Positions 56,501-64,000 of a stretch of 64,000 bases of DNA are shown here, piece by piece. The first letter of the stretch is position 1. Every line of letters starts with the position of its first letter. The DNA comes from Tubiluchus corallicola. Lineage: Eukaryota > Animalia > Priapulida. Location of the stretch: the NCBI GenBank assembly GCA_030141605.1, contig JAQGDQ010000031.1, positions 993,688 to 1,057,687 on the forward strand. Reading direction: 5' to 3'. The notes below the pieces were generated by a model that was not told the DNA's origin, made no database searches, and saw only the letters and a program-made list of their open reading frames with translations. A program made the position numbers and the translations under genes.

Positions 56501-57238
56501 TTGAAAATTACATCACAAATAAATAGGGAAATGACTGGCAAAGTGACTTTAAATGCAATATAGTGAAACAGCCACAAAAATGTTTCTTTTGTGCATGACA
56601 AATTTTCTCATAACATCTACTTGCACATAATTGCTACATCAGTGATCATACGTAATGTCGTACATTCGAATAGTGTAAAATGACACAAAAGTCGCTGATA
56701 GAAAACCTGCTGAATCATTTAGTTACTGCTACCGAAATGTTTCAATGCAGTGTCGAACTCAGAAGACCGTACATAATGAACAGATTCCAAATTCTTCAAG
56801 CAATACTAATGACAGTTCTTTTTGTGGTAGTTTTTATGGACTAAATAGTAATATAGATTGTTCAACGACTTTGCAAAAACTTTTAGCATAAAAGACAAAC
56901 AGAAATTTTGTGCAAACAAAAGTGATTGACTTTTTTGAATCTCAACGACTTTGCACATAAAATACATGAACAGTTACATGGCGGGTCGCATTTTTAACAC
57001 AGCAACGCGGCACATCAAGTCGTCCCTAACCTCATTAAATACTGTACTGTAACGGCAGACACTTGGGACACTTCAGTACTTACTATTTTTAGGAAACTTT
57101 GTACGTCATGATTGACGTTTAGCGCGAATGTTTACACAAGTCACGCCACTAGTCATGCGTTGTACTTTGGACTAACTGTTTAACCGTCACTTCTTTGTTC
57201 GTTATGAGAGAGTATAGACCTGTCTTTATACCGTTCGT

Positions 57239-57843
57239 ATGGCTTACCGTCGGTATCGTCGTTTTGGTAGACGTTTTTCATTGCGTAAAAGATTATTTCA
57301 CACGGACTTAGAAGAATAGGTTATGGTCCGGCTAAAACAGCAGTTTCCCGTGCGTACTGGAGACACCGTGCGGCTTATCGTAGAATGGGGCGAAAAAGAG
57401 AGTGGAGTGCCCAGTCGGGTCGCCAGAAGTCGCATAATGCGTTTCTTCGGAGAAGAGGATGGCGGAGATCTAAGAGAAATCAGGACCATAGTAAGATACG
57501 CTTTAACAAAAAGGTATCTGTCGAAGCGATTGTACGGTATAATGGTACGGACTTTAATCCCTCTAATATCCAATTTGGCGAAGGACCTTTTTTACCTGCC
57601 CAGTATGAAGACCCTGTTAACTGGGATAAATGGGATATGTATCAGCAGAAAAGATTTGACCGTATATCATGGAAGGTTAGTAATGTCCGTCTCTTTACCC
57701 GTAACATCCATGGTGGAGATCCTGATACGACATGGAACCAAGACCGAACGCTGCCAATTTACTGGTACCACGATAAATATGAGGAAACCAATCGTTCGGT
57801 ATTCCCTAAACTGTGCAATTCTGATGCCAGCAGCGATTGTTGA
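57239..57843 (+). pseudogene. Endogenous viral element: CRESS-DNA/circovirus-like capsid gene, frameshifted and probably 3'-truncated
   Basis: ATG 57239 gives MAYRRYRRFGRRFSLRKRLF. Removing 2 nt from tttcacacgga joins it to HGLRRIGYG..YWRHRAAYRRMGRKR..FLRRRGWRRSKRN and then ..VNWDKWDMYQQKRFDRISWKVSNVRLF.. (~200 aa in total). Arg-rich arm followed by a beta-rich body; no introns. Confidence 0.65.
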
Positions 57844-58046
57844 TGGTAAAGCTTTCTTGCTGATGTGCATGCTATGGTCTGCATGCTTTTTCATCAGTAG
57901 CTATCTACAAAATCACCAGGCAGTGCCCAGACTCGGGCTGGACCCCGGCACGGGCGTAAAATGATCAAATAATTAGTCGAAAATTTTTATGCTTAACAGT
58001 TCGGGCTCAAAGTTAAGGCCGAAAGTCTTCAGCTGAGCCTCGGGTT

Positions 58047-58342
58047 GTAAGGTCTTCATTTTTTCCACCATCAGGGGGCTGCAGGTGCACCCCAAATTTA
58101 GCTATTTGGGGGGCTCGTGTTGTAAGGCCTTCATTTTTTCCAACAGCTGGGGAATGCAGGTGGACCCCAAAATTAACTATTTGTGTAGGCAGGAATGCAC
58201 CTGCAGGCACCCAGCTGGTGGCATGCCAGCATTGCATGTCTTTACATGTTTGTCACTTTTTAACGTGCATTTTACAAAATCTGCATTGCTTGTAACCCTC
58301 CTTAGAAGCACTCATCCAAATCTTTCTCTTTTTCTCTTCATC
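58047..58342 (+). repeat. ~295 bp direct repeat A (contains a 75 bp internal tandem repeat)
   Basis: Repeated at 59176-59466; a single internally deleted version lies at about 62838-63060. Confidence 0.9.
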
Positions 58343-59032
58343 TCTTGATTTTCGGCAGACATTACTTCGACCTTATCAGCTGGTTTCGTAGCTTGAATTT
58401 TATTGACGACGTCACCATTGCAACCGAATTCGGACAACTGCTTTGTAGTAAACGTTCCCGATTTCACCAGCTGAATTAGTAAATTATTGTCGCAACATTT
58501 CTCGCATGCCCATTGAAATTCGCCCAGCTGACTTAATGCCTCATAAAGTTTCTCTGTTAGTACATGATCTTGCTTTAGGTTTAAACAGTTTATGCACCAC
58601 CAACGTTCACAGCTGTCACAAATCAACCCACTTGCAACACGTTGACGACAATTTATGCATTTGTTATCTTTAGCCATAATTAGTCATTACGAAAATGTTC
58701 GAAAATTATTTACCGGTAGGCAGACGTCCTAGCGAGTAGACGATCGCTCTTTCTTGGTAAACGTAGACTGCATACAAGTATCGTCGCCCACTGATTAGCA
58801 AAAAACTACTCTCTGCTACCAATTTTTGTCGTGTTGACAAAAGGTATAACAGTTAAAATCTTCATCAAACTTTTATTTATAACAGTGAATTATGACATAC
58901 AGCTACAGCTTTCACATTACTGCAGCCATGCAGTCCTGCTTCACACACACTACACTGTATCACACACACTAATACAAATCAGACAACAATTCAATAGTGC
59001 TGCCATCTATTAGTGGCAATGCATACTTTACA
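58343..59032 (-). mobile_element. 5' end of an LTR retrotransposon: 206 bp LTR, tRNA-iMet PBS, PHD-finger ORF (gag-like N-terminus), truncated
   Basis: Minus strand: TGTAAAG (59032)...AATAAA...CACGACA (58827), 5 nt, then TGGTAGCAGAG (58821-58811), complementary to the 3' end of initiator tRNA-Met. ATG 58677 gives CINC..CDSCERWWCINC..WACEKC. Confidence 0.7.
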
Positions 59033-59175
59033 GCAACGAAGACCAGTTGAGGTAAAGTCTACACTTAAGTAACAATAGTACAGATTAAATGATTGAATAA
59101 GATTATCGCGGCTTGACGAACTCCATATCCGAGCCTAAGCACTACAGACAAAATCTTCGGTCGTTCACAACGACA

Positions 59176-59466
59176 GTAAGGTCTTCATTTTTTCCACCAT
59201 CAGGGGGCTGCAGGTGCACCCCAAATCTAGCTATTTGGGGGGCTCGTGTTGTAAGGCCTTCGTTTTTTCCAACGGCTGGGGAATGCAGGTGGACCCCAAA
59301 ATTAACTATTTGTGTAGGCAGGGGTGCACCTGCAGGCAATGGTGGCATGCCAGCATTGCATGTCTTTACATATTTGTCACTTTTTAACGTGCATTTTACA
59401 GAATCTGCATTGCTTGTAACCCTCCTTAGAAGCACTCATCCAAATCTTTCTCTTTTTCTCTTCATC
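59176..59466 (+). repeat. ~295 bp direct repeat B
   Basis: Near-identical to 58047-58342. Confidence 0.9.
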
Positions 59467-59934
59467 CCTCAACTCTCATGCATGCCATGCACCTTTATCA
59501 GTTGATATGTTGGATTAATATCACATATTATTACTATACCACAAATATTATGTTTAAAAAGTATTCTGAATGTAAATAGAACTGAATTTGTTCAATGCAT
59601 AATGCAAATAGAACTGAATTTATTCAGTAAGTTTGACAACTACTCTAATGACTAATTTGTCAACGGTTTTTGTTGGTACAACATATGAGTACAATAACAG
59701 ATCAGTTTTGGTCGCACTATCTTAGGCTAATACTTTTTGGAGGAAGCACTGAACATGTGTGCAAAAGAGAATACGAGCAAAATGATCATGAATTCCCTGC
59801 TAGAAAATGACCATAATAATATTATAGTTGCTATGATATTACCATGAATTTATTATTATCTGATGTTATTACCGTGGTAATACCATATTTTGCCTCTGTT
59901 ACCATACTATGGTTAGAACATGGTTTAGGCGAAC

Positions 59935-62900
59935 CATTTATATGCTTAATTAAATTATGAAAGCTTTGCATAATTACTAAAGCATGTTTATTTGAACAAT
60001 TATGGGTGATTTTCTGAAAATAGGCCGTTTTGTGTCCTCATGTTTTTTCTCCCGTAAATTTGTTACTTCTGTAATAGTATTTCTAAAATTGTCAAAATAA
60101 GTACGTCATTGTGCTAAAAATTTGGTATAATGTACATAACCTGCGGAATGAATGTAATTTTGAAAACAAAATTGTGACAAAAAATCATTACCATCACTGT
60201 TCCCAGCAATTAATTTTATATATTCGGACCTCTTTTCTTTAAATGTTACCTTATCTTGACTTGATAGATATTGTGTACTTCTTGCTGTATGTCCTAGCTA
60301 TCGATTAGATAATCCGATATACAAAGAAAAGAATATTTAGTTGCAAATACGGACACTTATTGACATGTCCCTCATTTCAACCATCATTACCAAACTGCTA
60401 TTGAAACACTCAACTTTTTGCGTTCATGTGACTGCTACTCAAAAAATGTTTGCTAAGAGATCGTGTGAAGCTTTGTGTGAAATTTATTTTTTCTTGGGGA
60501 ATTATTATAAGAATCACACGAGATGAACAAATAAACGTAAGCTTTTTTTAATTATTACCATGTGCACTGCAAATTTGTAAAAACCTGATAATGTACATTA
60601 TTTATCAGAATTCGGTGTAGGTCAAGGGATCACCAGTCAAATATCCACAGGTCAAAGGACCACTGGTAAAAGGATCATCAGAAAGAAAGGGCCACCAGAT
60701 AAAGGACCACTGGTCAAACATCTGAAAAGACAAAGGACCACGCGTTAAAGGACCACGAAATAAAAATTAGCAGACGAGGTGAATGTGTGATTCATGTGAA
60801 AAATTATGTGAGATACACTCTGCTCTGACCTGATCTATTCATCAACATACTAAATTGTTATTGTTAAGCGAAGAAACTGGTCACCATTTTCTAAGTTGAG
60901 GTTGATGTCTGCTCAAACCAGGGTTGTCCATGCGGTTCATAAGAGCTCTGTGTGCAAGCATACATTACCAAGCAAAAAAATCAGCACTACTAATCCCAAT
61001 AGTGACTATTATCAAGTCAGTATTGGAATGCTATCAAGTGAAAAGTTTTGGGGAAATAATTACATTCAACCTTACAATTCTAATATGAGATCATATCCCA
61101 TATCAGGGGCACAAAATTGAGTTGCACTGCGTTAGGCTCATGCTATTTAGAGGCAGCAAGCATGGAGCATGTGTCCAATAGAGGAGACAAACAAATTAAT
61201 CATGAGCTGAACTGGAAAATGAATTATGCCTGTAGTAAACATGATAATAGCGGTTCTGCTATTATAACATGATAAAGTTGACTTATGAGTTGAAGAAGCC
61301 AACAATAAAATTAATGCAGAAAGTTCAAATAACCAATTTTTTCTTTACTGCAGACGACTGCTTTTGAACATGACAGATTAATCATTGAAATGATGATTAC
61401 ACCACAAACTGATGAGCAATACTAACCCAAGTCAGGATCACTCTCACAAAGCCATAGCTGCACAAAAATTCTCGAGGATTTTACATCGTAACAGTGATTT
61501 TCTTGCATCACAACAACTGTTGCGATAACATTCATTTCAAAGAAAAAGTAGTAGGGAAGATCGCCAATGCTTAAAGCAGTATGTCTATGAACATCTGAAT
61601 GAATTTCGTGATGATTCTATTAGTAAATATTTCTTTTTATTCAATTTTATATTTATAATAATATAATTTTGTTGAGTCTCTGTTAAATACCTTAACTGTT
61701 AAAACCACTTCAAGTAAATAAAACTCAATTAATGAGATTCTTAGTTGCACCTCAACTACTTTCATTAAAGCAAGTTCCTAACATTATTTCAGGCTTCAAC
61801 GGCATCGCTCAGAACTCACAATAATTTTGAAACTCTGTTAAGAAAACTTTGGTTGAAATGAATCAAACTCTAGTAATGACGTTATGATGTCATTCCTTAA
61901 CTTTGTGTAACTTTACGTTTTAACGTTTTAAGATAAAGGTGTTTCATATAAAATAAATGAATGTATGGTTTTTATTAGAAATGTTTGAAAATTACATAAC
62001 AAATAAATGGGGAAATGACTGGCAAAGTGACTTTAGGTGCAATATAGTGAAACAGCCACAAAAATGTTTGACGAATTTTCTCATAACATCTACTTGCGCA
62101 TAATTGCTACATCAGTGATCATACGTAATGTCGTACATTCGAATAGTGTAAAATGACATAAAAATCGCTGATAGAAAACCTGCTGAATCATTTAGTTACT
62201 GCTACCGAAATGTTTCAACGCAGTGTCGAACTCAGAAGACCGTACATAATGAACAGATTCCAAATTCTTCAAGCGATACTAATGACAGTTCTTTTTGTGG
62301 TAGTTTTTATGGACTAAATCGTAATACAGATTGTTCAACAACTTTGCAAAAACTTTTAGTATAAAAGACAAACAGAAATTTTGTGCAAACAAAAGTGATT
62401 GACTTTTTTGAATCTCAATGACTTTGCACATAAAATACATGAACAGTTCATGGCGGTTCGCATTTTTAACACAGCAACACGACACATCAAATCGTCCCTA
62501 ACCTCATTAAATACTGTACTGTAACGGCAGACACTTGGGATACTTCAGTACTTACTATTTTTAGGAAACTCTGTACGTCAGCTCTTTTTTGCAAAGAACG
62601 TGCAATTGGTTGATGGTAAAGCTTTCTTGCTGATGTGCATATTATGGTCTGCATGCTTTTTCATCAGTAGCTATCTACAAAATCTCACAAATTTGTAAAT
62701 GTATCACCGGGCAGTGCCCAGATTCAGGCTAGACTTGGACACGGGCGTAAAATGATCAAATAATTAGTCGAAAATTTTTATGCATAGCAGTTCGGGTTCA
62801 AAGTAAAGGCCGAAAGTCTTCAGCTGAGCCTCGTGTTGTAAGGTCTTCATTTTTTCCACCATCAGGGGCTGCAGGTGCACCCCAAATTTAGCTATTTGGG

Positions 62901-63435
62901 GGCCTCTCGTTGTAAGGCCTTTGTTTTTCCAACAGGCTGGGGCATGCCAGCATTGCATGTCTTTACATGTTTGTCATTTTTAACGTGCAATTTACAAAAT
63001 CTGTTGTTTGTAACCCTCCTTAGAAACACTCATCCAAATCTTTCTTTTTTTCTGTTCATCCCTCAACTCTCATGCATGCTGTGCACCTTTATCAGTTGAT
63101 ATGTTGGATTTATATCACATATTATTATTATACCTCAAATATTATGTTTAAAAAGTATTCTAAATGTAAATAGAATGGAATTTGTTCATTGAATATGACA
63201 AACTACTTTAATCATAAATCATTTATGGTTTTTGTCAGAATTTGATTCTATTTAAATTTGACGGATATGAAATGCATAATTAACGTGTCTCAAATATTAT
63301 TCTTTAAAAACTTACTAAATGTGAACTTTAATGCTGGTTATACAGAATAAAAGTTTCCGAATTAAAATAGAACTGAATTTATTCAGTAAGTTTGACAGCT
63401 ACTCTAAAAACTCATTTGTCAACGGTTTTTGTTGG
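59935..63435 (+). repeat. Large duplicated unit, copy 2 (lacks the capsid and LTR segments)
   Basis: At 62580 tgtacgtca is joined through 19 bp to gtgcaatt..gttgatggtaaagc, where copy 1 has ~700 bp. Confidence 0.95.
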
Positions 63436-63471
63436 AATTTGATCCATTTTAAATCTGACTGATATTTACAG

Positions 63472-63649
63472 TTACAAGAACAACAACAAAAACAACAACA
63501 GCGACAACATCAGCAGCAACAACATCATCCACAACAGAACAACAACAGACCATACATACTTTCAGAAACAGAATCAGATGACGACGATGACACAGACCAT
63601 ATGAAAATTGACAAAGACAATTTCAGCAGCAAAATAGAGGCGAAAATCA
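63472..63649 (+). CDS. Putative isolated Gln-rich/acidic exon
   Basis: tttacag acceptor, open frame LQEQQQKQQQRQHQQQQHHPQQNNNRPYILSETESDDDDDTDHMKIDKDNFSSKIEAKI, gtaagc donor. Confidence 0.4.
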
Positions 63650-64000
63650 GTAAGCGTTTTGTTTTAATTACACGTTAAGCTCTAAAATATGCTACTTCTC
63701 AATTTACAAAAACTAAATCAAGCCCTTTTCGTCGAATCTGTATAATTAATTTCCGTGGTATAGGCTTAATATATATATATATATATATAAGATTTGAGGC
63801 TACAGCTCCAATGACGGCTACATTTTCGGCAATCTATATATCAAACAAAAGGTCTTGATCTAGTGTCGTGCCATTGGGGGTTTATTTTTTTAATCTTCGA
63901 ATCGGGCCCACCAGTACGAATGACTCCTCCGTACGAAAATTGTTTTTCTGTGTTTGCTGCCACCAGGGCTAAGGTAACCTTTTTTTGCTTTATGCGATGC

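Larger units (their letters stand above)
54505..59676 (+). repeat. Large duplicated unit, copy 1 (with two extra segments)
   Basis: Collinear and highly similar by eye to 59935-63435, from catttatatgcttaattaaatt to tttgtcaacggtttttgttgg. Internal ggtcaaaggaccac short repeats at 55143-55272. Confidence 0.95.

Noticed and set aside
54505-59934. Duplicated unit as a concatemer of a whole circular viral genome
   Set aside because: No HUH Rep or SF3 helicase motifs and no long ORFs in the shared part; the capsid is absent from copy 2.

Overview
This is AT-rich invertebrate (metazoan) genomic DNA with spliceosomal introns. The first 28 kb hold a minus-strand receptor guanylyl cyclase (19 exons reconstructed by hand, ANF-type ectodomain / TM / kinase-homology / GC catalytic domain, two GC-AG introns) whose 3' end runs off the window. 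Head-to-head with it is a complete 13-exon mitochondrial ribosomal protein S9 gene (30244-42979), followed by a decayed GABA-B-like class C receptor gene. From ~48 kb the window is a mosaic of broken mobile DNA: a DD35D pogo-type element nested in a Tc1, a truncated hAT, then a near-tandem duplicated unit (54505-59676 / 59935-63435). The first copy carries two segments absent from the second: an Arg-rich, frameshifted ORF resembling a circular ssDNA (CRESS-type) virus capsid, and the 5' end of an LTR retroelement (LTR + tRNA-iMet PBS + PHD-finger ORF). The capsid-like endogenous viral element and the possibility that this region traps foreign DNA (piRNA-cluster-like) are the most interesting signals. 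All family assignments come from motif recognition; no database searches were run.
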